A stretch of 64,000 nucleotides of DNA from Candidatus Poribacteria bacterium (GTDB lineage: Bacteria; Poribacteria; WGA-4E; WGA-3G). Of this stretch, positions 49,419-58,938 are shown piece by piece. The position numbers and the translations under genes were made by a program. Under the pieces are notes generated by a model. That model saw nothing but the letters and a program-made list of their open reading frames with translations. It was not told the DNA's origin and did no database searches. The stretch lies in contig CBDANF010000003.1 in the NCBI GenBank assembly GCA_965197475.1, forward strand, positions 1,984,001 to 2,048,000, written 5' to 3'. Positions within the stretch are counted from its first letter, which is position 1. The number at the start of each line of letters is the position of its first letter.

Positions 49419-50657
49419 CTATGTTTCTGTAGGAGATGCAAGTCTATAAATTGACTCGGCAATTGTGTCACTTGCATGCGGACGACCCAAACTTTGGCTT
49501 GCAGTTTTCATTTGTTGATAGATATCTTCATCTGTTATAATACGAATTAGTTTTTCCACAACAACATCAGGAGTCAATTCTTCCTGTTCAAGCACAACAG
49601 CAGCACCCGCATTCGCAACTGTTTCAGCATTGCGGACTTGGTTATTACCTACGGCTGCAGGTAGTGGGATAAAGATTGCCGGAATACCACAAGCAGTGAC
49701 TTCAGACACTGTCATTCCACCAGCTCTACAAATCATCACATCAGCGATACTATATATTTCTTCAACTTGATCAAAAAAAGGTTGAACATGGTGTGGTATT
49801 TCGTGCTTTGTGTAGGCTGATTCTACCCCCTCTACATCCGTTTTTCCAGTTTGATGTACAATCTGGAGTTGGACAGCATTTGAAGTGTCTAAAGGAGCTG
49901 TACGCTCACTATTCGTTTCTAACTTGATAGAGAGAGTAGATTTAGCAATTAATGGACATGCCTCTATCATTGCCTCATTAACTGCATGAGCACCTTGGCT
50001 GCCTCCCATAACGAACACCGTTTTACGAGTTGGACATAACTTATATTTTCTGTAGGTTTCATCTTTACGCGGATAATCTGTTATTCCAGGTCGAATCGGG
50101 TTGCCTGTCACCTCCACAATCTGTTTCGGAAATCGTTGAGTATCCGGTGGTAATGCAAGGTAAGCTGCTTTAGCACGACGCGCGAGGATACTATTTGTCA
50201 AACCAGGGGACACGTTCTGCTCTTGGAGTGCTATCGGAATACCCCGCAGCCAAGCAGCAAAGAGAACAGGTCCAGAAACATAACCTCCTGTTCCGATGAC
50301 GACATCTGGTCGGAATTGCTTCAAGTACTTCAAAGACTGCACAAGTCCTTGGCAAACTTTTATTATAACAGGAATCCACTTCCATGTCAAGCTGCGCGGG
50401 AATCCCTCAACGGAAATGGGTAAAAACCGAAAACCTTGTTGCGGAACAAGCGTTGATTCTAAACGGTCACGCCCACCGATAAACACAATGTTTACCTCTG
50501 AATTGAGACGTTGAAGGGCTTGGGCAATACCGATGGCAGGATAAATATGTCCGCCTGTTCCACCTCCGGCAAGGACGAACCGCTTCTCATTCTTTTCACG
50601 ATTAGTATTATCTGCTGCAGTGTTTTGTTGTTTATGTCGCGTTTTTTGCTTTTTCAC
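49419..50657 (-). CDS. murG: MurG GlcNAc transferase
   Basis: GGGTGGHIYP, GGYVS, GNPIR, GGSQGA and RAGG. Confidence 0.96.
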   Translation of the reverse strand: MKKQKTRHKQQNTAADNTNREKNEKRFVLAGGGTGGHIYPAIGIAQALQRLNSEVNIVFIGGRDRLESTLVPQQGFRFLPISVEGFPRSLTWKWIPVIIKVCQGLVQSLKYLKQFRPDVVIGTGGYVSGPVLFAAWLRGIPIALQEQNVSPGLTNSILARRAKAAYLALPPDTQRFPKQIVEVTGNPIRPGITDYPRKDETYRKYKLCPTRKTVFVMGGSQGAHAVNEAMIEACPLIAKSTLSIKLETNSERTAPLDTSNAVQLQIVHQTGKTDVEGVESAYTKHEIPHHVQPFFDQVEEIYSIADVMICRAGGMTVSEVTACGIPAIFIPLPAAVGNNQVRNAETVANAGAAVVLEQEELTPDVVVEKLIRIITDEDIYQQMKTASQSLGRPHASDTIAESIYRLASPTET

Positions 50658-50756
50658 ATCAACTAATTTTATTAGCCCCTAACACTTTGGACCTAATGAG
50701 CGATAATTATCCAGTGCTAAGTAATTATTATAAACCCCCCCATGCCTAATTCAAGT

Positions 50757-51995
50757 TTACGTTTTCCTTGTTTTTGGAGATGTTCGTGTAGCACTACGAG
50801 AAATGTTCAAAAGCATACCTACACCTACCAAGCTGATTACAAGAGACGATCCACCGTAACTGAGAAAAGGTAGCGTGATGCCTTTGGTGGGGAGTTGTCC
50901 TGTTACAACACCGATATTGATAAACGCTTGTAGGCCGATGATTATCGTAAGTCCGGTCGCGAACAGTGCCCCGAACCTGTTTTCTGTACGCCTTGCAATT
51001 GAAATGCCTCGCCAAACAAATATCATAAAGATTATTATGACGGTTGTTCCACCAATAAAACCGAATTCTTCCCCCAATATAGAAAAGATAAAATCTGTGT
51101 GTGGATACGGCAAATAATTTATTTTAGCTGCACTATCATCAATTCCAACACCGAATAAACCACCCCATTTGAGAGCATCTAATGAACGTCCCAACTGATA
51201 GCTCGCGGCATCTGGTGATTGCAGGGATGCCCAATAATCGGTTACGCGAGTTAATCGGTACGGATTGCTGATAATAAAACCTGCCAACAGCACACCTCCA
51301 GCTCCTATTAACATTAACGCGTGTGATAGGCGAATTCCTCCGATGAAAAGGAGGCTCCCTGCTGTTGCAGCTAATAGGACAGCTGAACCGAAATCCGGTT
51401 GTCTTGCAATTAGCGCGAACAGTAATCCTATAATGAGAACGTTTGGTAGTACTCCATTGAGTAGACTTTTTATGCGTTCCGGGTTTCGCGCTAAGAAATG
51501 TGCAGTGTGAATAATCAAGGCGATCTTTGCAAACTCAACCGGCTGGAATCGGAAACCTTTGACAACGATCCACCGGTTAAATCTTCCGCCTTCCGCTCCA
51601 CGCACACTGTTGCCAAGAGGTGTGAAAACAAGGATCAATAAGACGAACGCAAGAAATAGCAGCTTGTTACTATGCTTCTCATAAAACCTATACGGGATGT
51701 ATGAGGCGACACCCATCCCGACTAAACCTATAGCACAAGCAATTGCTTGGATTTTTAGGTAATGGTAATTGCTTCCGTACTGCTTTAAAGACAACACATG
51801 CCCAGCACTATAAACCATCAAGATGCCTATTCCAACAAGGCAGAGTGTGACAGCAAGCAAACCGGTGTCTACTCTGCCAAGACCCGTAATTTTGGGTTGA
51901 TCTCGATCAGAGGGAAGAACAGTGGGATTCGCATAGTTAAGGGTACTATGATTTTGCATTAGTCGTTCGTCCGTTCCTATTAGTACCTGAGCCAA
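50757..51995 (-). CDS. ftsW: Peptidoglycan glycosyltransferase FtsW
   Basis: QPVEFAK, QPDFG, LPYPHTDFIF and PTKGITLPFLSYGGSS. The start may be ATG 51959. Confidence 0.95.
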   Translation of the reverse strand: MAQVLIGTDERLMQNHSTLNYANPTVLPSDRDQPKITGLGRVDTGLLAVTLCLVGIGILMVYSAGHVLSLKQYGSNYHYLKIQAIACAIGLVGMGVASYIPYRFYEKHSNKLLFLAFVLLILVFTPLGNSVRGAEGGRFNRWIVVKGFRFQPVEFAKIALIIHTAHFLARNPERIKSLLNGVLPNVLIIGLLFALIARQPDFGSAVLLAATAGSLLFIGGIRLSHALMLIGAGGVLLAGFIISNPYRLTRVTDYWASLQSPDAASYQLGRSLDALKWGGLFGVGIDDSAAKINYLPYPHTDFIFSILGEEFGFIGGTTVIIIFMIFVWRGISIARRTENRFGALFATGLTIIIGLQAFINIGVVTGQLPTKGITLPFLSYGGSSLVISLVGVGMLLNISRSATRTSPKTRKT

Positions 51996-52003
51996 GTAAG
52001 AGC

Positions 52004-52088
52004 TTATGGTGAAATTTTAAAACAAGTAGATGTCTGTTGGTAAGCGCGCTGATCGACGGTGTATCTTTAATTCTAAAATCTACTATAA
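52004..52088. mobile_element. Degenerate MITE-like cassette (ttatagtaaa family)
   Basis: ttatggtgaaat ... gtaagcgcgctg ... tctactataa, resembling 20181-20275. Confidence 0.55.
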
Positions 52089-52181
52089 TTTTATTTAAAC
52101 GTTGTTTTCTGTGTCAGAAATGTGTGATATACGCTAAGCACGGAATTCCCATATAGAAAGCATAATTCAGAAGCAGTATTA

Positions 52182-53690
52182 CTACGAAACATAAGTAGAT
52201 TTTTCTTGATCAGATGATTTGTCCCTTTTGAGCGAATTCACAGCGTTTTTGAATGCTTCTCCACGTTCTTTGTAATCTTTGTACATATCAAAACTGGCAT
52301 TTGCTGGCGATAAAATGACGATGTCCCCTGGCCCTGCATGTGCATAAGCAAATTTAACTGCCTCTTGCATTGTTGCAGTTTGATACATATCAACACAACC
52401 CGCGAATGTTTTTTGAATGTTCTGCGTGTGTTCCCCAAGTAGTACTAAACTTTTCACTGTGGTGCGCACAGGTTCAATAAGCGGTTCGTAGTCGTTTCCC
52501 TTATCATATCCACCAATAATTAAGAATACCCGTTTTGCATCTCCTCCCAGATATGTTGTTTTTTTGACCGATTCAAGTGCTGCGCATGTTGCTATGACGT
52601 TCGTTGCCTTAGAATCGTTTACATAATCTACACCGTTAATAACGCTCACCTTTTCAAAAGCGTGTTCAAGAGCAGGATGTATTCGATTGAATTTGAGAAT
52701 CGCCTTACGCATATCCGTAGGCATTACACCAAAGATTGTACCAACAACTACCGCTGCAAGTACGTTTCGGACATTATGTGCTCCTGCTAACGGCATATCG
52801 GCTATATTGCAAATCAAGTGTTCTTCGTTGTCTTTGTAAGTATAAATACCGATGTTGTTTGCGCTGCTTCGAAGTCTTGCCCCTATTTCGCTGCCTAATT
52901 TATGGCATGATATTTTCGACTCTCCATCTGTGTCAGAGAGACTGTCTGTGAAGTATGCTTTTTTCGCAGCAGTGGTGTGCGCAAAACTGTTAACAGTTGT
53001 GTCGGAGGCATTTAGCACTATCCATTCCGAACTCATCTGGTTTGCACATATTTTTTGTTTTGCCTTCAAATATGATTCCATCGTTCCGTGACGATCGAGA
53101 TGGTCACGCGAGAAATTTAACACTACGCTTACTGCTGGTCGAAAAGTTATAGTACTCTCCAATTGGAAACTACTTGCCTCTACGACTGCAATGTCCTCGC
53201 GCCTTAGTGTTGCTACTTTATTTGCTAACGCAACGCCAATATTCCCTGCCACGACCACATTAGAAAATACGTTGCCCGCTTCTAAAATCGCCGCAGTCAA
53301 AAGCGTTGTTGTTGATTTGCCTTTTGTACCTGTAATTGCTACGATAGGAGCTTGACAAAGGCTTGCAGAGACTTCCAATTCACCTAAAATCGGGATGTCT
53401 CTTTTTTTCGCCTCAACTAATATCGGAATTTCCAAAGGAACACCAGGTGAAACAACTATTAATTGGGCATTCGAAATACAGGATTCTCCATGCCCTCCGA
53501 GATGTAATTGAATCGGGATCCCATCCAATTGGGCGATTTCGGCGGACAAAGCGTCTTTATCGCGCGTATCTGTGAGGGATATTTTTGCGCTGATATCATG
53601 AAGTAACCTTGCAATTGCGATGCCACTTCGATTTGCACCAAAAACGGTAATCCGTTTTCCCGAAAAGCGGTCCAAATTCTGATATTTCAA
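52182..53690 (-). CDS. murD: UDP-MurNAc-L-Ala--D-Glu ligase
   Basis: VVSPG, TGTKGKSTT, SSFQL, DHLDRH, NDSKATN and SPANASFD. Confidence 0.95.
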   Translation of the reverse strand: MKYQNLDRFSGKRITVFGANRSGIAIARLLHDISAKISLTDTRDKDALSAEIAQLDGIPIQLHLGGHGESCISNAQLIVVSPGVPLEIPILVEAKKRDIPILGELEVSASLCQAPIVAITGTKGKSTTTLLTAAILEAGNVFSNVVVAGNIGVALANKVATLRREDIAVVEASSFQLESTITFRPAVSVVLNFSRDHLDRHGTMESYLKAKQKICANQMSSEWIVLNASDTTVNSFAHTTAAKKAYFTDSLSDTDGESKISCHKLGSEIGARLRSSANNIGIYTYKDNEEHLICNIADMPLAGAHNVRNVLAAVVVGTIFGVMPTDMRKAILKFNRIHPALEHAFEKVSVINGVDYVNDSKATNVIATCAALESVKKTTYLGGDAKRVFLIIGGYDKGNDYEPLIEPVRTTVKSLVLLGEHTQNIQKTFAGCVDMYQTATMQEAVKFAYAHAGPGDIVILSPANASFDMYKDYKERGEAFKNAVNSLKRDKSSDQEKSTYVS

Positions 53691-53745
53691 ACATTTACCT
53701 CAACCGATATATTTTAAAGAACGAGGTATATTGTGTGGTATATAC

Positions 53746-54864
53746 TTATCCTAATCTAAGTGTACTTAATGCTATCAACATTAATATAAGTGCCACAATC
53801 CAAAAACGGATTACCACTTTTGATTCCTTCCATCCTGAGAGTAAAAAGTGATAATGAAGTGGTGACATCTTGATAACCCGTTTTCCAAAAGTTCTATATG
53901 ACCAAACCTGTATGATGACAGATAATGCTTCCGCTACAAAAATACCACCAACAATAATAAGTAGAATTTCCTGTTTTATTAATAGCGCGCATGTTCCAAG
54001 CGTTGCACCAAGCGGCAAAGAGCCGGTATTTCCCATGAACAGTTGTGCAGGGTGCCCGTTGTACCATAGAAATCCTAATCCTGCTCCTACTAAAGATGCA
54101 CAGAAAATCGCTGTAACTTCTCCACCAATAGGAAGATGAAAAAGATTGAGATGTCCTGCTATGAGCTTATGGCTCGTCATATATCCCAACGCGCCAATCG
54201 TTCCCGCTACGAATAGCGTACACCCGATTGCTAACCCATCCATACCGTCCGTTAGGTTCACAGCATTTGAGGTAGCAACGATAACAAACGTAGCAAAAGG
54301 GATAAAGAAAATACGTAAGTTCGGGTGTAGGTTTTTAAAAAATGGAAGATTCAATGCTGTGCGCGTTGTAACATCATTCGCTTCAGCAGGTCCCCACTGA
54401 TAAAGATAGCATGCAATCGCTATAGCACCAACAGTTTGCAGCACAATTTTCTGCCAACCGCGTAGACCGAGCGACTGTTTTTTGCTAATTTTGAACATAT
54501 CATCTAAAAAACCGAGCCCTCCAAACCAAATTGTCGTAAAGATCATCAGGTAGATATAAGGTTGATCAAGCCGCGCCCAAAAAATGACGGATACAAGTAC
54601 GGCGACAATGATAAGAATGCCACCCATTGTTGGCGTTCCAGCTTTGCTTTGATCTTCGTTGTATTGTTGTGCCTTTTCTACCTCTTCTTGAATATGTTCA
54701 CCGATTCGCAACTGTTTCAACCGCTTTATCATAAAAGGTCCTAAAACAAGCGAAATAGCGAGGGCAGTTGCTGTTGCATAAACGGCACGAAAACTAATTG
54801 AGTTAAAAATATTGAAGGGCTGAAATATGTTGACAAGGGTTTCAAAAAATAGATGATAAAACAT
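53746..54864 (-). CDS. mraY: Phospho-MurNAc-pentapeptide transferase
   Basis: GTPTMGG, GFLDD, NAVNLTDGMDGL, FMGNTGSL and PLHYHF. Confidence 0.95.
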   Translation of the reverse strand: MFYHLFFETLVNIFQPFNIFNSISFRAVYATATALAISLVLGPFMIKRLKQLRIGEHIQEEVEKAQQYNEDQSKAGTPTMGGILIIVAVLVSVIFWARLDQPYIYLMIFTTIWFGGLGFLDDMFKISKKQSLGLRGWQKIVLQTVGAIAIACYLYQWGPAEANDVTTRTALNLPFFKNLHPNLRIFFIPFATFVIVATSNAVNLTDGMDGLAIGCTLFVAGTIGALGYMTSHKLIAGHLNLFHLPIGGEVTAIFCASLVGAGLGFLWYNGHPAQLFMGNTGSLPLGATLGTCALLIKQEILLIIVGGIFVAEALSVIIQVWSYRTFGKRVIKMSPLHYHFLLSGWKESKVVIRFWIVALILMLIALSTLRLG

Positions 54865-54996
54865 TTTTAATGCTTCTTTACTAACTTCAAAGGTGATGTA
54901 TTACAGCGGTTTAATCAAAACCTTAATAAAAAATAAGAATAAGGTAAAATTGAATGCTACTATGATTACCACCCACTTAAATAGCATCGTGGAAAC

Positions 54997-56205
54997 TCAC
55001 GCTGTTTCCTCTGGTTGTAAGTCGGTTTTCAACTTTGCAAAACTTGCCCCAGCTTGACTTAACAAGTTCGTTGAATAAGAATAGATTAAGCGATTTTTCT
55101 CCTGATGTGTTTCTAACGCGAGTTCAACCAATTGTGACACCAATTCCGTAAATGATATCCCAACCGGTTCCCATAAGTAAAAACTGAAAGAGCCAGGAAT
55201 TGTGTTTATTTCATTCACATATACCTGATCTTCGCTGCTTACCAAGAAATCTATGCGGGCAATGCCAGCGCAGTCAAGCACTTGAAAAGTCAAGGTAGCA
55301 AGGTTTTGAATATGTAACGTCAATTCGTCTGGAATAGGTGCAGGAATTTTCCGTTCTGCGCCCGCCATACCGGAAGATACGTCAGAAGCGGATGCAGTTT
55401 CCGAAATTTGATGGATATATTTATCATCAAAGCTGAGAAAGTCAGTGCTGGCAATCGGTTGTTCACAAATTGAAGGTATCGGCATGTGTGTTCCCATCAC
55501 TGAGCAATTTATTTCATAACCGTTTTCGATTCCTTCTTCAACAACGATACGACGGCAATATCTGCACGCAAGTTCGATCGCATCCTGAAGTTCGTCCGCA
55601 TCTTTTGCTTGACTGACACCGATGCTTGATCCACTCACTGCAGGTTTAACAAAGATAGGATAGGTAATCTTTTCTTCAATCGTTTTGAGAATGTCGTCGC
55701 TCGCTAAATCCCAATCGTGTTTTGTGAAGGGTACATAAGGTAGGATAGGGAGTTCATTTTCGTTGAGAACGGCTTTCATCACGGTTTTATCCATACCGAT
55801 GCCTGAGCCGACGACCCCTGCGCCGACATAGGGTATATCTATCAGTTCAAGAAGCCCTTGAAGTGAGCCATCTTCGCCATGAACACCGTGAATGGCGGGA
55901 AAAACAACATCAATAGGAAGTTCCCTTTTTTTACTAAACAAACCGCGTTTTGGTAAGACACTAAAGTTCGCGCGTGTCCCAAATTCAACACTCACAGTGT
56001 CAAAATCAGCGGTGCTCGGTAAGTTCCCTTCGGTGAATGTGCTCAGTTCCTTGAGTTTATCTCCTGTTAGCCATGCCCCATCTTTTGTTATATAAATCGG
56101 GATAACGTCGTGTGTTTCTGCTAAAGCAGCATTGACCTGATGTGCAGTGACGATAGAAACTTCGTGTTCAGGTGATCGACCACCGAATATGAGTGCTACG
56201 TTCAT
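54997..56205 (-). CDS. ddl: D-alanine--D-alanine ligase family
   Basis: GGRSPEHEVS, HGVHGEDG, GSSIG, FDDKY and NEINTIPG. Confidence 0.92.
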   Translation of the reverse strand: MNVALIFGGRSPEHEVSIVTAHQVNAALAETHDVIPIYITKDGAWLTGDKLKELSTFTEGNLPSTADFDTVSVEFGTRANFSVLPKRGLFSKKRELPIDVVFPAIHGVHGEDGSLQGLLELIDIPYVGAGVVGSGIGMDKTVMKAVLNENELPILPYVPFTKHDWDLASDDILKTIEEKITYPIFVKPAVSGSSIGVSQAKDADELQDAIELACRYCRRIVVEEGIENGYEINCSVMGTHMPIPSICEQPIASTDFLSFDDKYIHQISETASASDVSSGMAGAERKIPAPIPDELTLHIQNLATLTFQVLDCAGIARIDFLVSSEDQVYVNEINTIPGSFSFYLWEPVGISFTELVSQLVELALETHQEKNRLIYSYSTNLLSQAGASFAKLKTDLQPEETA

Positions 56206-56281
56206 GTTTTTTCCTTTTAAGTGCTTATTACTGGATATGTTTTCAGATATACCATCTTAACTCCCAAACTATTGAGGTGTA

Positions 56282-57916
56282 TTAAGATGCTTCGTTGTAA
56301 TTGTCTGGTAAATCGTTTTCAAATAAGACTACATCCCCTGCTTTTAAGTGTTGCTGAAGTTGTTTTTGGGCTTCATCACGGTCATTAACAACATGAATCT
56401 GTTGTTCGGGATAGTTTGCGTTTTTGAGTCCATCCAAAATTGGCACTGTTTGTGCTGGACCCACAAGGATAACGAGATCGCAGACCTTGGCTGCTTCTGA
56501 ACCGAACCGCTTGTTTTCATCGTATTCGCGTTCGCCAAGTTCCACCATACCCGGGGTAACCAATACCTTTTTTCCTGCTTTATCGCTCACAAAGTCAGTG
56601 AGCACTTCAAGAGCTGCTTTTGCACCTTCAGGATTTGCGTTGAAACTGTCGTCAATCACAGTTACACCTGTCCCACTTGCTATCAATTGCAAACGGTGCG
56701 GAACCGGTTCTAAAATTTTAAGTGCGTCACGAATTTCATTCAGTGTCATCCCACATTGCAGTGAGACGCCAATAGCAGCAAGGATATTTGAAACGTTATG
56801 TTTACCCAGAAGCCTAGTTGTGATTTCGACTGTTCCTACAACTTCGTCAGTTACACTAAAAGTAAGTCCTTTATCACTCTGTTTGATATTACTGGCTTTT
56901 AGCCTTATAGATGTGTTATCAACACCGTTTGATTCTACCCCGTATTGAATAACAGGAACGCTGTCGGTTTTATCTGCTAAAGCAGCACAAATTTCATTGT
57001 CGGAGTTGATGACCGCGAGTCCATTTGTGGGTAACGCTTCTATTAACTCGTACTTTGCCCGGGCTGTATTCTCAATACTTTTAAATCGCTCTAAATGTTG
57101 GGGACCGACGGTAGTGAGTATTCCTATCTCCGGTGGCGCGAGACGACACAGCTCATTGATATCACCACGTTTATACGCTCCCATTTCAACGATAAAATAC
57201 TCGTGTCTCGGTAATAAATCTCCTCTGATAACCTTACAAATACCCATTGGTGTATTATAGCTATCTGGGGTCATCAACGTGTTATATTTTTGCGATAAAA
57301 TCTGATGAAGAATATACTTTGTGCTTGTTTTACCATAACTGCCTGTAATTCCGATAATTTTCGGCTGAAGGGTTTTGATGCGTTTTTTTGCGTCGCGTAA
57401 ATAAGCACCGTTGATTAATTGCTCTAACGGCCAGATTAAAAAGCTGCTCACAACAAGAATCGGTACCGTGAGTTCACTGAACAGAAAGACACCTATCCGC
57501 CATCGGCTTTCTTCTATAACTAAAACGAGTACAGTCCCAAGTATAGCAAATAATGCAAGTGCTAATCCGAAAAGTCGTTTAGCGCGGGCAGTATAAACGA
57601 GCGGTTTTTTCGCTGTGGGTTTCTTACCCCATACAATTCTATAAACTTGAAACGCTGCCCAAGCGAGACAGATTGTCGGAAAAAACCAATTGGTCTGAAT
57701 ATTAGTAGGATAAATAGACGCAATAATCAACACTCCTGCAATGATAATAATCTCTATGATTTCAAAACAGTGTCTGATGTGCGTCGAAACCCATTTCAGA
57801 TAGCGTCCAGGTTTATACCCATCAAGTTGTAGTATATGCAATCCATGTGTAGTCCTGATTATTGATCTTACAAAACAGACGATAACCAGAACATAAAAGA
57901 ATAAATCGTTAACCAT
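56282..57916 (-). CDS. murF: MurF-family ligase with N-terminal membrane domain
   Basis: About 170-aa hydrophobic N-terminus, GITGSYGKTSTK, SYNTPMG, EMGA, DDSFNANP and FENDLPDNY. Confidence 0.85.
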   Translation of the reverse strand: MVNDLFFYVLVIVCFVRSIIRTTHGLHILQLDGYKPGRYLKWVSTHIRHCFEIIEIIIIAGVLIIASIYPTNIQTNWFFPTICLAWAAFQVYRIVWGKKPTAKKPLVYTARAKRLFGLALALFAILGTVLVLVIEESRWRIGVFLFSELTVPILVVSSFLIWPLEQLINGAYLRDAKKRIKTLQPKIIGITGSYGKTSTKYILHQILSQKYNTLMTPDSYNTPMGICKVIRGDLLPRHEYFIVEMGAYKRGDINELCRLAPPEIGILTTVGPQHLERFKSIENTARAKYELIEALPTNGLAVINSDNEICAALADKTDSVPVIQYGVESNGVDNTSIRLKASNIKQSDKGLTFSVTDEVVGTVEITTRLLGKHNVSNILAAIGVSLQCGMTLNEIRDALKILEPVPHRLQLIASGTGVTVIDDSFNANPEGAKAALEVLTDFVSDKAGKKVLVTPGMVELGEREYDENKRFGSEAAKVCDLVILVGPAQTVPILDGLKNANYPEQQIHVVNDRDEAQKQLQQHLKAGDVVLFENDLPDNYNEAS

Positions 57917-57975
57917 TGTTAACCTGTGTAAAATTTTTTATAATTCGTTTGTGTAGTGGCAGTAGATAACAAAAA

Positions 57976-58028
57976 CGCAATGAATTGTGCTGCTACAAAC
58001 ATGTTTAGCAGCGACATTATTCATTGCG
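57976..58028. repeat. REP doublet (inverted pair)
   Basis: cgcaatgaattgtgctgctac ... tagcagcgacattattcattgcg. Same family as the REP at 40787. Confidence 0.65.
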
Positions 58029-58125
58029 CCATGGTGTGCGATCCAGGTAGTGCAACTACAAAATCTAATGTTCCATTCTCAATCACATTATTTTTTAGGC
58101 AAACCTTGCCGTCGGTGGTAGTTGT

Positions 58126-58887
58126 TCATACTAAAAAGTCAGCCACTATTTGACAAAACTGCGGGAATTGGTCAAGGTACGAGAAATGCCCCGCATCTTT
58201 GAGGATGACCAGTCCCGCATCAGGTATCTCCTTCTCCATGATTTTGCCAAAAGACACCGGTGTGTCTGTGTCGTTTTCTCCCCAGATCAACAACGTGGAT
58301 GCTTGTATCTTCGGCAATAGTGGTCGTAAATTTTGATTGACGGATTTCACCATTGTTGCTCTCATCGGACCTGCTTCCTTATAATCTTTTGAACCTATCG
58401 ATTGTGCTATGACATCTGCAAGATTGTTTCCAATTGTTCCACAACGTCGCATCAAACGTCCGAATTTCGCCAGACTGATTTTTAAATAGTCCTTTGCAGT
58501 TCGGGTTGGTATGATGCCTGCACTATCAACTAAGATGAGTTTATCTACCTTTTCCGGTTCTTCTGCTGCCATTACTATAGAGATTCTTCCGCCATAAGAA
58601 TGTCCAATCAGGTGTGCTTTGTTGATGTTGAGTTTATGAAAAAAAGTAGAAAGGAATTTGGCGTAGTCGGCGGCATCCCACGCAGCTGGTGGCATCTCGC
58701 TTAGTCCAAAACCCGGAAGATCAAGCGTAAATACTTGATGTGAGTCTGAAAGCCAATTGAAAACTGATTTGAAAGTATTTGCCTCAGCCCCCCAACCGTG
58801 GAGAAGGACTACGGTCTTACCAGCACCTTCAACCTGATAGGCGACTTTTAAATTATTAATTTCTATGAACTTAACTGGTCTCATCAC
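58126..58887 (-). CDS. Alpha/beta hydrolase within the dcw cluster
   Basis: LHGWG, DLPGFG, nucleophile GHSYGG, WGENDTD and GHF. Confidence 0.92.
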   Translation of the reverse strand: MMRPVKFIEINNLKVAYQVEGAGKTVVLLHGWGAEANTFKSVFNWLSDSHQVFTLDLPGFGLSEMPPAAWDAADYAKFLSTFFHKLNINKAHLIGHSYGGRISIVMAAEEPEKVDKLILVDSAGIIPTRTAKDYLKISLAKFGRLMRRCGTIGNNLADVIAQSIGSKDYKEAGPMRATMVKSVNQNLRPLLPKIQASTLLIWGENDTDTPVSFGKIMEKEIPDAGLVILKDAGHFSYLDQFPQFCQIVADFLV

Positions 58888-58938
58888 CTAATGCCTATTT
58901 CAAGGTTTGCTTTCAGTTTTTTTGAGTGTAAATTTCGT

